A stretch of DNA of 64,000 nucleotides. It comes from a virus. A program made the translations under genes and the position numbers. The notes beneath the pieces are model-generated. The model searched no databases. It was not told the DNA's origin and saw only the letters and a program-made list of their open reading frames with translations. Shown in pieces: positions 18,279 through 28,015 of the stretch; the stretch's first letter is position 1; the number at the start of each line of letters is the position of its first letter. The stretch lies in IMG/VR virus record IMGVR_UViG_3300025840_000011. One strand, written 5' to 3'.

Positions 18279-18700
18279 AAGATAAGAAAGGGTTTAGTCC
18301 CCAAGAAGACGTTGATGTCTTCATGATGGCGGCAGAACAACCCATGCGGTATGAGTTACCCCAAAACCCTGAGATGATGTTCGAAGAGGATCAGTCTAGA
18401 CTCTACATGGATCTGGTTGAAGAAGAGTTCAATGAAATCAAAGAAGCGTTTGCGAATCAAGACATCGTTGAGGTTGCGGATGGTATCGCAGATACGGTGT
18501 GGGTATTGATGGGTTTATCCAGTACTCTGGGTATAGATTTCTATAAAGTGTGGGAGGCGGTATTCCAATCCAACATGAGTAAAGTGGTCGAAGGTAAGTT
18601 GATTAAAAATCCCGAAACTGGTAAAGTCATGAAACCGGATAGTTACTTCCCCCCGAAGATAAGGGAGGCGTTGGGTCTTGAAGAAGAGACACCTGACTAA
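18272..18700 (+). CDS. MazG-like/PRA-PH nucleotide pyrophosphohydrolase
   Basis: LVEEEFNE...EVADGIAD...SNMSK...GKVMKP. Confidence 0.85.
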   Translation: MVEDKKGFSPQEDVDVFMMAAEQPMRYELPQNPEMMFEEDQSRLYMDLVEEEFNEIKEAFANQDIVEVADGIADTVWVLMGLSSTLGIDFYKVWEAVFQSNMSKVVEGKLIKNPETGKVMKPDSYFPPKIREALGLEEETPD

Positions 18701-18881
18701 GGCAGTAACTTGGAGGATAATCGCTAGTACTACAACCGCATTGATTGCATGGATGTTCGGTCTACCCCCGTCCGCAATCGGAGCGGTATTCTTTGTAGAC
18801 CTAGTATTAAAATTCGGATTGTACTACGGACACGAACGTGTTTGGTATAAGTACATAAGATATGGAGTGGAAGAAAAATGA
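18678..18881 (+). CDS. DUF2061-like small membrane protein
   Basis: RHLTKAVTWRI...LYYGHERVW. Confidence 0.75.
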   Translation: MKKRHLTKAVTWRIIASTTTALIAWMFGLPPSAIGAVFFVDLVLKFGLYYGHERVWYKYIRYGVEEK

Positions 18882-19300
18882 ATAAGTGGGATGCTGCTCA
18901 TATGACCTCTGCGGAAGTCTACGCAAACCTTTCGTCTGCAAGACGGGCGAAGGTTGGTTGTGTTATTGTGAAGGACAACCGCATCGTGTCTATCGGGTAT
19001 AATGGTATGCCTAGTGGTTGGGATAATAACTGTGAGTATGGTCTTGATGCAGAACCGACGATCCTGAGAACCAAACCCGAAGTGTTACATGCAGAGACCA
19101 ATGCAATTGCAAAGGTCGCCCGTAGTAACGAGTCTTGTGAAAACGCATCCTTGTATACTACGGTTGCCCCCTGTTTGGACTGTGCAAAACTTATCTACCA
19201 GTCTGGAATATCGAAAGTGTTTTGGAGAAACGAGTATCCACGTGGAGAACTGGGTCTAAAGTTTCTTTCAAAGTGTGATATAGAAGTAACCCAAATATGA
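18878..19300 (+). CDS. cd: dCMP deaminase
   Basis: KVGCVIV, GYNG, HAETNAI, PCLDC. Confidence 0.9.
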   Translation: MNKWDAAHMTSAEVYANLSSARRAKVGCVIVKDNRIVSIGYNGMPSGWDNNCEYGLDAEPTILRTKPEVLHAETNAIAKVARSNESCENASLYTTVAPCLDCAKLIYQSGISKVFWRNEYPRGELGLKFLSKCDIEVTQI

Positions 19301-20058
19301 CAACCGCAGATGATTTATATGCAAAAGAACTGAGAAAGGTTCTGCGGCATCGCCTCAGGGGAACGATGACCCCCATAGAAAATGTCTTGTACTTCCCAAA
19401 CAACATCGATGTTAGGATATGTCCTAAGAATGGTATGAGTAGTTTGAAGTGGGCTATGTTGTATGTCTACGGTGTCCCACAAGATCAGTCTGATCGTGTG
19501 AGTCTGACTATGGGTACGAAAGTTTGGAGGATGGAAGATATTAAGAAACATGGACATAAACCAGACTTACCTTTTCGTAAGGACAGTTACAAAACTTGTG
19601 TTTCAAGAGATCCCATCAAAAGGTTCATGTCCGCATGTGAGTATATCAAGACTGAGTATGCGAGCTCGGCGGAGATGTTGTCAACTTCGAAGTCATTAAC
19701 TGTCGAACAACTAGAACGTTTGTCGAGACTCTCAGATGTAAACCCACTTCCAGATTCTTTGGATGATATTATAGACGGTGTGTGGACTGGTGAAATACAT
19801 AACTCACACTTCTTTACGCAGACATACTTTCACGGTAACCGTGGTCAGTATAACAAGATTTGGAGTATGAGTGATTTCAAACGGATGATGGAATGGCTCA
19901 GAACCGAAACCAAGTGCAGTAGAAAGATTGATAAGATACATTCGAACTATACATCCGGTCAATGGTTTGGAGGCGTTGAACTCTTGACACCAGACCAGAA
20001 AAAACGTATAATGCGTATTTACGAAGAGGATTATGATTATGGATGGACAGAAGATTAG
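19297..20058 (+). CDS. Sulfotransferase (Sulfotransfer_2-like)
   Basis: PKNGMSS (5'-PSB), RDPIKRFMS (3'-PB), HFFTQ, C-terminal IYEEDY. Confidence 0.75.
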   Translation: MTTADDLYAKELRKVLRHRLRGTMTPIENVLYFPNNIDVRICPKNGMSSLKWAMLYVYGVPQDQSDRVSLTMGTKVWRMEDIKKHGHKPDLPFRKDSYKTCVSRDPIKRFMSACEYIKTEYASSAEMLSTSKSLTVEQLERLSRLSDVNPLPDSLDDIIDGVWTGEIHNSHFFTQTYFHGNRGQYNKIWSMSDFKRMMEWLRTETKCSRKIDKIHSNYTSGQWFGGVELLTPDQKKRIMRIYEEDYDYGWTED

Positions 20059-20431
20059 TCCGTTTGATTTCTTGAATAGTATCAACACTACCAAGAAAAA
20101 CCTCATGATAGGAACAGACGAAGAGAAGCAGTACGTACCCTTCGTAGTAAACCGTACACTGTCGTACTTTCAAGACACGGTTGGTCTTGCGAATGCGATG
20201 AACATTCACCATCATATTGACAACCGTCTACAATATGACTTTTTTATAAATATCGTTAGGAAACGAAAACGTTTCTCTAAGTGGGTTAAACCAACCACTT
20301 ACAATGACGTGGAAGTAATCAAAGAGTATTATGGCTACAACGATGAGAAAGCCCGCCAAGTAATACCCTTACTGTCTTCCCAACAACTAGAGTTTATAAA
20401 AAATAAGGTGAATAAAGGTGGAAGAAAATAA
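20039..20431 (+). CDS. gp62: Clamp loader small subunit gp62
   Basis: SPFDFLNSIN...PFVVNRTLS...QYDFF...RKRKRFSKW...KEYYGY...KGG. Confidence 0.9.
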   Translation: MDGQKISPFDFLNSINTTKKNLMIGTDEEKQYVPFVVNRTLSYFQDTVGLANAMNIHHHIDNRLQYDFFINIVRKRKRFSKWVKPTTYNDVEVIKEYYGYNDEKARQVIPLLSSQQLEFIKNKVNKGGRK

Positions 20432-20828
20432 GTTAGTCGAATGGAATCCAACGAAAATGTTGGAAGTCACTCTGAGGGAACCAGATGACTTTTTGAAAGT
20501 GAGAGAAACCTTGACCCGCATTGGAGTAGCGTCTCGTAAAGAAAAGAGGTTGTTTCAGTCCTGCCACATTCTACACAAACAGGGTAGGTACTTTATCGTA
20601 CATTTCAAGGAACTGTTTATGTTAGACGGTAAGAAGTCTAATCTAGAGTTGACAGACGTGCAACGAAGAAACACAATCGCAACTCTATTGCAGGACTGGG
20701 GACTCGTAGATATTCACAACAGGGAAGTCGCACAAGATTGTGCACCAATGAGACAGATCAAAATTATTGGTTTTAAGGATAAGGACGAATGGGAGTTGTG
20801 TCCTAAGTACAATATCGGAAACAAGTAA
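20418..20828 (+). CDS. regA: Translational repressor RegA
   Basis: PDDFLKVRETLTRIGVAS...QSCHILHKQGRYFIVHFKELF...KYNIG. Confidence 0.95.
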   Translation: MEENKLVEWNPTKMLEVTLREPDDFLKVRETLTRIGVASRKEKRLFQSCHILHKQGRYFIVHFKELFMLDGKKSNLELTDVQRRNTIATLLQDWGLVDIHNREVAQDCAPMRQIKIIGFKDKDEWELCPKYNIGNK

Positions 20829-20941
20829 TGGGATTAGTTGGCCTGTTGGCGGTGTTCATGTGTCCTATGGTGTTTGGTGGAATAACCTTCTACTACTCAT
20901 GGAAGGTCGTACATGAAAGAGAGTATGGTAATGAAAGTTGA
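20828..20941 (+). CDS. Small membrane peptide (37 aa)
   Basis: MGLVGLLAVFMCPMVFGGITFYYSWK...; start overlaps the regA stop. Confidence 0.45.
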   Translation: MGLVGLLAVFMCPMVFGGITFYYSWKVVHEREYGNES

Positions 20942-21470
20942 TATATTTGAGGGTAAGGATGAGTACATTGCATCTAAAACCCCGTTCTTTGGTAAGTTGG
21001 ATGAGGGTCTCGCTGAGGCGTATGACTGGAACCAACATATGGATCTGTTAGACTGGCATCCTCAAGAAATGATAGATTCTAACAGTACGAAGTTCCGTAT
21101 TGGTCTTAACAGTTTTCATCTGAGACCTTCCGCTCCTGAATTTGCAAAAGAGATTGTCGATCAGATGACTGAGACTTTCTCTCTGCATGGAGACAAAAGA
21201 AAAATCACCAACATTGCGTTTACTGGATTCGGTCAAGAGTCGGATAGTTATCCTTGGCATAAGGATTCTATGGACGTGTTTTTAGTACAAGTTATTGGAA
21301 CCGTGGGACTTCGTGTCGAAGGACACAACAACGATGAGGAGTTCGACTTCTCGCCTGGCGATTACGTCTGGTTACCAAGAGGAACCCATCACCAAGTTCT
21401 TCCAAGAACAAGTCGTTGTACGTTCTCGTTCGGTGTAGAAGGGGATCCGGACCCAGCGATATACTTTTAG
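20913..21470 (+). CDS. JmjC/cupin-domain oxygenase
   Basis: YPWHKDSMDVFLVQVIG...PGDYVWLPRGTHHQV. Confidence 0.8.
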   Translation: MKESMVMKVDIFEGKDEYIASKTPFFGKLDEGLAEAYDWNQHMDLLDWHPQEMIDSNSTKFRIGLNSFHLRPSAPEFAKEIVDQMTETFSLHGDKRKITNIAFTGFGQESDSYPWHKDSMDVFLVQVIGTVGLRVEGHNNDEEFDFSPGDYVWLPRGTHHQVLPRTSRCTFSFGVEGDPDPAIYF

Positions 21471-22042
21471 TAATCCGATCCGTCTGGGTTTATCGTTTTG
21501 TGAACAAACGCGATAGACGGTACTACTACCCTATCTAGTACACGAAGTCTGACTGTATCCGTGTCGGTGTCCGAATCGTTGACGGGAGTTGTTGGTATAC
21601 TGTGTGTACTATCCGAATCGACTAATGTCAATAAGTGAGGCGCTCCAACAATAGTGAAGTCCGAATCGGTAGTAGTAATATAAACTGCACCGTCTACTAT
21701 ATTTGTCAAAGAATCATATCCACCACCCTGTAGAGTAAGCGTTCCACCATTCTCGTCTTTTGTTCCCGTTATAATGGTTCCTGTCTTACCACTAAAGGTT
21801 ATTGTATCGGATATCACCTGAACACCATTAATATCGACATTGACCCAACCCATTTGACGGGGTACTGCAACTTGGATGGGAGGATTTTGCCAAGACATAG
21901 TTCCCTTGTCAGAATCCCACATAAGAGACTTACCTTTACCAGTTGAGCCCGGACTACTGTCTAGTGCGTAAAGGGATGCACCACTATCCACTAGACCATG
22001 CATGTTATTGAATGTATATTTTTTCGGTTGGGGCATTGACAA
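21467..22042 (-). CDS. Orphan late protein, Thr/Gly-rich with many DS dipeptides
   Basis: Only long ORF in the gap; GAGGA SD and ACTAAATA upstream on the minus strand. Confidence 0.7.
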   Translation of the reverse strand: MSMPQPKKYTFNNMHGLVDSGASLYALDSSPGSTGKGKSLMWDSDKGTMSWQNPPIQVAVPRQMGWVNVDINGVQVISDTITFSGKTGTIITGTKDENGGTLTLQGGGYDSLTNIVDGAVYITTTDSDFTIVGAPHLLTLVDSDSTHSIPTTPVNDSDTDTDTVRLRVLDRVVVPSIAFVHKTINPDGSDY

Positions 22043-22074
22043 AAAATCCTCGTTGTGTTATAGTTTTGCAATAC

Positions 22075-22089
22075 TATTTAGTATATATA
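22075..22089. promoter_or_regulatory. Back-to-back late-promoter variants (ACTAAATA on -, TATATATA on +)
   Basis: TATTTAGT at 22075-22082 and TATATATA at 22082-22089 between divergent genes. Confidence 0.5.
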
Positions 22090-22091
22090 GC

Positions 22092-22151
22092 AGTGTACAT
22101 GCGGATAGTCCGGTGTACATTAGTCTTGCTTAAAAAAGGAGATACAACATG
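22092..22151 (+). ncRNA. ROSE-like RNA thermometer in the hsp20 5' UTR
   Basis: Upstream hairpin AGTGTACATGCGGA-TAG-TCCGGTGTACATT, then TCTTGCTT-AAAA-AAGGAGA pairing the UUGCU motif (bulged G) to the SD. Confidence 0.7.
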
Positions 22152-22565
22152 ACTAATCTTAAAGCGAATACGCTCTTCCCTCGTGCATCTTTTGTGGGGT
22201 TTGACCACCTGTTTCAAGAACTTGATTGGGTTGCCAAACACGCTACTGATACGTACCCACCTCACAATATAGTGAAGGTATCTGATGACGATTATCTAAT
22301 CGAAGTCGCATGTGCAGGGTTTACTTTGGACGATTTGGAGATCGAACAGGACGAACGGACATTGACCGTAACTGGTCAACAGGAAGTTCCTGCTGAACGT
22401 GAATACCTACATAAAGGTATCTCGCAGAAGAAGTTCAAGAGAGTGTTTAGACTGTCAGAATACGTCTTTGTTGACGGTGCTTCTTTGACGGACGGAATCC
22501 TGTCTATCCAGTTGAAGTTTGAACTTCCCGAAGAGAAGAGACCTCGTAAGATCGATATTTCATAA
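22149..22565 (+). CDS. hsp20: Small heat shock protein (Hsp20/IbpA family)
   Basis: GFDHLF, YPPHNI, EVACAGF, YLHKGISQKKFKRVF, ASLTDGIL, PEEKRPRKIDI. Confidence 0.95.
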   Translation: MTNLKANTLFPRASFVGFDHLFQELDWVAKHATDTYPPHNIVKVSDDDYLIEVACAGFTLDDLEIEQDERTLTVTGQQEVPAEREYLHKGISQKKFKRVFRLSEYVFVDGASLTDGILSIQLKFELPEEKRPRKIDIS

Positions 22566-22584
22566 ATCTAACGAGGAGAAAATT

Positions 22585-22677
22585 ATGAAAACTGACCTAG
22601 TAGAACGGGTCGGTGAGGCAGTGATGTGTTTGTGGGTAGTCGCAATCATGGTCACGGCTTTCCAGCCCCTAGTATAA
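22585..22677 (+). CDS. Small membrane peptide (30 aa)
   Basis: Strong GAGGAG SD; MKTDLVERVGEAVMCLWVVAIMVTAFQPLV. Confidence 0.55.
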   Translation: MKTDLVERVGEAVMCLWVVAIMVTAFQPLV

Positions 22678-22684
22678 AAAGACA

Positions 22685-22703
22685 GGGGGGTGAAAGTCCC
22701 CCC
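22685..22703 (+). terminator. GC hairpin, possible terminator or mRNA stabiliser
   Basis: GGGGGG-TGAAAGT-CCCCCC; no clear U-tract. Confidence 0.45.
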
Positions 22704-22714
22704 ACTCGTGAGGA

Positions 22715-23515
22715 ATGATGAAGGTATACCAAATTGTAATGAAGGGTGATGAGAGATCGGAGAAGTACGCCGAACTCAGTAAGTTATCTTTTCAGAACCT
22801 TATAGATGATGGCACGTTGGACTGGAACGTGTTTGATGCGATCACTCCAGAACACCCTGACTTCGAAGAACACGTTGCGAAGTACGATTGGAGACCATCC
22901 CTCGCCAGACTGGATGCGGGGAAACAACCTCAAGATCATTCCCCAACAGAGAAAGCGGGAATGTGTTCTCACTGGGAGTTGATGCGTCAACAAGGTGCAA
23001 CCGGAGAACGGTTCCTAGTTATGGAACATGATACGTATCTATGGCCTCAACATGAAAACGAATTCCGCAACCTACTCACGTACATTCACGCAAAAAATAT
23101 AATCTACGCAAACATAGGTTTGTTCATGGGGTGTTATACCTTCAAACCGTTTTGTGCAGCGTGGCAGTACAGACTACTAACCGAACAAAAGTTCTGGATT
23201 AACTGTGGTCCTTATGGTGTACTAGAGAGACTATTCAAGAACTACGTTGATCACTTCTTGTCAAAACAAGATAAGAGTCGTATACCTGAGAACTACATCA
23301 TCCACCCTTGGTCTAACGGAGACACCTTGTATTTTGGTAGAGACATACATTTACCATACAATCACCGTGACCCCGATCCAATGCAGTCAGTCAAAAACCC
23401 GACAACGCAGATGGTGTCTAAGTCTCTCGCCGTGACTCAGGACCATCATGGTTATCCAGACATACACATAGAACAACCTTGGACTCGTTCAGATCAATTT
23501 AAAGTTATCCCTTGA
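22715..23515 (+). CDS. Glycosyltransferase family 25-like
   Basis: FDAITP, EKAGMCSHWELM, FLVMEHD. Confidence 0.7.
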   Translation: MMKVYQIVMKGDERSEKYAELSKLSFQNLIDDGTLDWNVFDAITPEHPDFEEHVAKYDWRPSLARLDAGKQPQDHSPTEKAGMCSHWELMRQQGATGERFLVMEHDTYLWPQHENEFRNLLTYIHAKNIIYANIGLFMGCYTFKPFCAAWQYRLLTEQKFWINCGPYGVLERLFKNYVDHFLSKQDKSRIPENYIIHPWSNGDTLYFGRDIHLPYNHRDPDPMQSVKNPTTQMVSKSLAVTQDHHGYPDIHIEQPWTRSDQFKVIP

Positions 23516-23541
23516 CAGAAGACGCCCTACTGTTATATAAT
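23512..23541 (+). promoter_or_regulatory. Sigma70 promoter for gp43
   Basis: TTGACA-N18-TATAAT. Confidence 0.7.
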
Positions 23542-23567
23542 ACAACCCTACTGAAAAAAGGCGCACC

Positions 23568-26051
23568 ATGAATCAACCAATGTTTTACACTTCCGTGGTC
23601 CGGTACGGCAGTAACATCCTGTTCCGTGGGTTTGCGGAGAACGGAAAAAAACTTCAAACCAAAGTCCCCTACAAACCTACCCTGTACGTGCAGTCCGACA
23701 AGAGACAATCGGGGTGGAAGGCGATTGACGGTACTTCTGTCGAACCTCTCAAGTTTGACTCCATGAAGGAGGCGACTGAGTTCCAGAAACGTTACGAGGA
23801 CGTACCCAACTTCAAGGTCTACGGGATGAACAACTTCGTGTCTCAGTTCATTGCAGACATGTTCCCTACCCCTATCGAATTCAACCGTGACTGGATCGAT
23901 GTGTGCACCATCGACATTGAGGTCGCATCTGACGAAGGGTTCCCCGAACCCGACAAGGCAGATCATCCGGTCATCGCCATCACTATCAAGAACCCCAACG
24001 GTCCCTATCGCGTCTGGGGTCTGTATGACTACAATGCGGGTGAGGATGTGATCTACGAGAAGTGCGACTCCGAAGCGCAACTCCTCATGAAGTTCGTCGA
24101 TCACTGGTTCCGTAACCAACCCGACATCGTGACCGGATGGAACACACGATTCTTCGACATTCCCTATCTGGTCAACCGTATTGGTAAAACCATTGGCGCG
24201 GACATGGTGAAGAAACTTTCACCGTGGGGTCTGGTACGTGAAGGTAACGTAACCATCAACGGAAAGAAACAACAGGAGTACACCCTCGAAGGTATCCAAC
24301 ACCTCGACTATCTAGAAATCTTCAAGAAGTTCACCTACAACACTCTGGGTCAACAGGAGTCCTATCGACTGGACCACATCGCCCACGTAGTACTGGGTGA
24401 GGGTAAACTATCCTACGAAGAACACGGTACACTGTACTCCCTGTACAAGACTGACTTCCAGAAGTTCATTGACTACAACATCAAGGACGTGGAACTGGTC
24501 GAGAAACTCGACGAGAAACTTGACCTGATCTCTCTGGTCCTGACCATGGCGTATCGCGGTGGTGTGAACTACAACGACACGATGGGGACCACAAACATCT
24601 GGGACACCATCATCTACCGCATCTTGAACGAACAGAAAGTTGCAGTACCACCCAAGGTCGAGAAGGTCAAGACATCGTATCCAGGCGGATACGTCAAGGA
24701 ACCTCAAGTCGGTTCCCATGACTGGGTGACATCGTTCGACTTGAACTCACTGTACCCGAACATCATTGTCCAGTACAACATGTCACCTGAGACTGTCCTT
24801 GATGGTTTCTACAATGACGTGTCCGTGGACGCATTCCTTTCCGGCGACATCGATGTGTCCGGTAGTCCTTTCTCTGTCGCACCTACCGGAATTAAGTTTA
24901 CTCACGAACGTGAGGGTGTGATCCCCAACATCATTAAGAAATACTATGACGAACGCCGTGTGGTCAAGAAGGAGATGTTGCGACTACAACAAGAATACCA
25001 GAACAATCCCACACGGGAACTGGACAACAAGATCACGTCACTGAACAACCAACAGATGGCGATCAAGATTCTGATGAACTCACTCTACGGTGCGTTGGGT
25101 AATCGGTGGTTCCGATACTTTGACCAACGTGTTGCGGAGTCGATCACCCTTGCGGGACAACTCGCAATCAAGTGGGCGGAACGTGCGGTCAACGATGAGA
25201 TGCAAAAACTTCTCAAGACGGAAGAAGACTACGTTGTTGCAATTGACACCGACTCTGTTTACATTCGGATGGGTGATCTTGTTGACAAGTTCAACCCGAA
25301 GGATCCTGTAAAGTTCCTTGACAAGATTTGTTCCGAACACTTCGAGAAAGTATTGTCTAAATCCTATGCGGAGATGGCGAGAGTCACCAGTGCAATGGTC
25401 AACCGTATGGAGATGGGACGCGAGGTAATCGCAGACCGTGGTATCTGGATGGCGAAGAAACGTTACATCCTCAACGTGCACAACAACGAGGGTGTGCAGT
25501 ACGCACAACCCAAACTCAAGTTGATGGGTATCGAAGCGGTCAAGTCATCTACGCCTCAGGTTGTGCGTGACAAGTTTCAAGAAATCTTTCGGGTCATCAT
25601 AGAAGGTACTGAGTCAGACACACAGTCCTTTATTGGGAACTTTAAGACCCAATTTGGGACTCTTCCTCCCGAAGACGTGTCGTTCCCTCGTGGGGTTTCG
25701 GAGATCACCAAGTGGCAGGATCGACAGACCGTCTACAAGAAGGGTTGTCCTATCCACGTGCGTGGTGCACTGGTCTACAACGATACGGTTAAGAAGAACG
25801 CACTTGACAAGAGGTACGTCTACGTCCAGAACGGAGAGAAGATCAAGTTCGTCTACCTGAAGATGCCCAACCGTCTGGGTGAGAACGTGGTGTCGTTCCC
25901 CTTGAACCTACCCAAGGAGTTCGGGTTGCATGACTTCATCGACTATGACATGATGTTCCGGAAGACGTTCCTAGATCCTCTCGAACCAATCCTTGATGCA
26001 GTCGGGTGGGCGGCAGAACCACGTGCAACCCTAGAAGACTTTTTCTCTTGA
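23568..26051 (+). CDS. gp43: Family B DNA polymerase gp43
   Basis: DIEV (ExoI), [39 protein letters not shown]; uninterrupted. Confidence 0.97.
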   Translation: MNQPMFYTSVVRYGSNILFRGFAENGKKLQTKVPYKPTLYVQSDKRQSGWKAIDGTSVEPLKFDSMKEATEFQKRYEDVPNFKVYGMNNFVSQFIADMFPTPIEFNRDWIDVCTIDIEVASDEGFPEPDKADHPVIAITIKNPNGPYRVWGLYDYNAGEDVIYEKCDSEAQLLMKFVDHWFRNQPDIVTGWNTRFFDIPYLVNRIGKTIGADMVKKLSPWGLVREGNVTINGKKQQEYTLEGIQHLDYLEIFKKFTYNTLGQQESYRLDHIAHVVLGEGKLSYEEHGTLYSLYKTDFQKFIDYNIKDVELVEKLDEKLDLISLVLTMAYRGGVNYNDTMGTTNIWDTIIYRILNEQKVAVPPKVEKVKTSYPGGYVKEPQVGSHDWVTSFDLNSLYPNIIVQYNMSPETVLDGFYNDVSVDAFLSGDIDVSGSPFSVAPTGIKFTHEREGVIPNIIKKYYDERRVVKKEMLRLQQEYQNNPTRELDNKITSLNNQQMAIKILMNSLYGALGNRWFRYFDQRVAESITLAGQLAIKWAERAVNDEMQKLLKTEEDYVVAIDTDSVYIRMGDLVDKFNPKDPVKFLDKICSEHFEKVLSKSYAEMARVTSAMVNRMEMGREVIADRGIWMAKKRYILNVHNNEGVQYAQPKLKLMGIEAVKSSTPQVVRDKFQEIFRVIIEGTESDTQSFIGNFKTQFGTLPPEDVSFPRGVSEITKWQDRQTVYKKGCPIHVRGALVYNDTVKKNALDKRYVYVQNGEKIKFVYLKMPNRLGENVVSFPLNLPKEFGLHDFIDYDMMFRKTFLDPLEPILDAVGWAAEPRATLEDFFS

Positions 26052-26083
26052 CAGAAACCGCGAAGATTTGTTATGATGTGTCT

Positions 26084-27022
26084 ATGTTTGAACTAACACT
26101 ATTCCGCAATCAGTTTGATAACAAGACTCACAATCGGGTCCAGTTCGATTCGTGGGATAAATTTGTTAAGTGGTTGTATCGCATATCACAAGTGAAAGGA
26201 GAGAAGGGTGGAAATAATTCTAGTCCTCTTATTAGTCCTGCTGTTTTCGAAATGGGTTCGAAACGTTCTAATAAATCTACTAGTCATTGGGGTGGTTGGT
26301 GCGCTGTTGATGTTGATGATCACAATTTTGGTGTGGATCTTTCAACCCTTGAGCGAAGACTGCAAGATCAATTCGGAGGATACGACTATGTTGTGTACAA
26401 TACTGCGTCAAGTAGATCAGACAACCTCAAGTTTCGGATCGTCTTCCGACTCGACGAACCCGTCGAAAACGAAAGGATCAAATCCTTCTGGTATGCTCTG
26501 AATACAGAACTAGGTGAGATCGGAGATCCTCAGACAAAAGACCTTGCACGTATGTACTATGTGCCGGCGCAGTATCCTAACGCAACATCTTTCTTCTTTG
26601 CGAACTCTGGTTCTGCACTCAACGTATCTGAGTTGATTGCAAAACATCCTTACCACGAGAAGACAGGTAATTCTTTCCTAGATAGATTACCAGAAAGTTT
26701 ACAGAAGGCAGTGATAGAACATCGTAAGTCCCAACTGGACAACACTAACATAGTATGGACATCGTATCACGATTGTCCGTTCTGGCCTAAGTCGTTAGGT
26801 GCGGAATATATACAGATCAGTGGTACAGGTTGGTATCACAAAATGTATCAGATCATGGTCGCTGTTGCGGGCCGCGCAACAGAAAGTAACTATCCCATAA
26901 CTGCACAACAGATTGCGGATATGTGTAAACAGTTCGACGCTGAAACTGGTAACTGGTACGAGAACAGACCTCTCATTGTAGAGGCCGACAGAGCATTGGA
27001 GTACATTTACCGAAATGGATAA
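26084..27022 (+). CDS. Primase-like protein (AEP/prim-pol-type motifs)
   Basis: ISPAVF, AVDVDD, YNTASS...KFRIVFRL, DPQTKDLARMYYVP; promoter TTGACA-N18-TATGAT just upstream of ATG 26084. Confidence 0.6.
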   Translation: MFELTLFRNQFDNKTHNRVQFDSWDKFVKWLYRISQVKGEKGGNNSSPLISPAVFEMGSKRSNKSTSHWGGWCAVDVDDHNFGVDLSTLERRLQDQFGGYDYVVYNTASSRSDNLKFRIVFRLDEPVENERIKSFWYALNTELGEIGDPQTKDLARMYYVPAQYPNATSFFFANSGSALNVSELIAKHPYHEKTGNSFLDRLPESLQKAVIEHRKSQLDNTNIVWTSYHDCPFWPKSLGAEYIQISGTGWYHKMYQIMVAVAGRATESNYPITAQQIADMCKQFDAETGNWYENRPLIVEADRALEYIYRNG

Positions 27023-28013
27023 TAAAAGAATATTAGTCACCGGAGCTGCAGGGTTCATAGGATCTCAGTTGTGTCTAAGACTCACAGGAATGGGTCATGA
27101 TGTTATTGGATGCGATAACTGGAACAGTCATCTCTATGATCCTTGGTTGAAAGTTAAAAGACATACTAACTTTGGTATGCAGATCATGGACATGGACATA
27201 CGTGATGAACTGATGCTGGGTAACCTTTTAAACGATCAACGTTTGATACCGGATGTTGTGGGCGAACCCTTTGACTATGTTATACATCTCGCCGCACACG
27301 CAGGGGTGCGTGACTCGTTTGGGAAAGAATCAGAGTATCACTCAAACAACATTGATGGTACACAGAACCTAATTAATCTGTTCGAAAACTACAGTCCCCA
27401 AACAAAATTCATCTATGCATCTACCAGTTCTGTATATGGAGGAACTCCTATTTCAGAGAATGGGTGGAAGGAAGACTTTGTTCAGGCGCACCAACTTAAC
27501 GCCTATGCATATACCAAATACATCAACGAGTGTCAGTTCGGAATTTCCAAGTTGTTTAGTACAGGACTACGTTTCTTTACCGTGTACGGACCTTGGGGTA
27601 GACCAGACATGGCACTCTTCCAATTTACGAAATCAACCCTTGACGGAACGCCAATAAAGGTGTATAATTATGGGGATATGAAGCGGGACTTCACCTACAT
27701 CGATGATATCCTTGACGGGATCTGCATCGTTTTGGCGAACGTGGAATCTGGAGTCATTCCCAATAATGAGATATTTAATATTGGTAGAGGCGAACAGGTT
27801 CAACTGATGGACTTCATCTCAGAGATTGAGAAGAACGTTGGTAAGGAAGTTACGAAGGAGATGGTTGCGAAACATCCCGCCGATACAAAAGAGACGTGGA
27901 GTAACACAGACAAACTTCAAAAACTAGGATATACACCGAAGGTCAGTATTGCAGAAGGTGTTGCAAAATTCTATGAGTGGTACAAAAATTTTTATGACGT
28001 AGAGGAGACATAA
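27015..28013 (+). CDS. NAD-dependent epimerase, UDP-glucuronate 4-epimerase-like
   Basis: VTGAAGFIG, HLAAHAGVR, ASTSSVYG, YAYTK, LRFFTVYGPWGRPDMA, RDFTYIDD. Confidence 0.9.
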   Translation: MDNKRILVTGAAGFIGSQLCLRLTGMGHDVIGCDNWNSHLYDPWLKVKRHTNFGMQIMDMDIRDELMLGNLLNDQRLIPDVVGEPFDYVIHLAAHAGVRDSFGKESEYHSNNIDGTQNLINLFENYSPQTKFIYASTSSVYGGTPISENGWKEDFVQAHQLNAYAYTKYINECQFGISKLFSTGLRFFTVYGPWGRPDMALFQFTKSTLDGTPIKVYNYGDMKRDFTYIDDILDGICIVLANVESGVIPNNEIFNIGRGEQVQLMDFISEIEKNVGKEVTKEMVAKHPADTKETWSNTDKLQKLGYTPKVSIAEGVAKFYEWYKNFYDVEET

Positions 28014-28015
28014 TA

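Noticed and set aside
23505-25508. Long antisense ORFs opposite gp43 (204, 103 and 142 aa)
   Set aside because: Shadow frames produced by the C-ending codon bias of gp43; no SD, promoter or motifs
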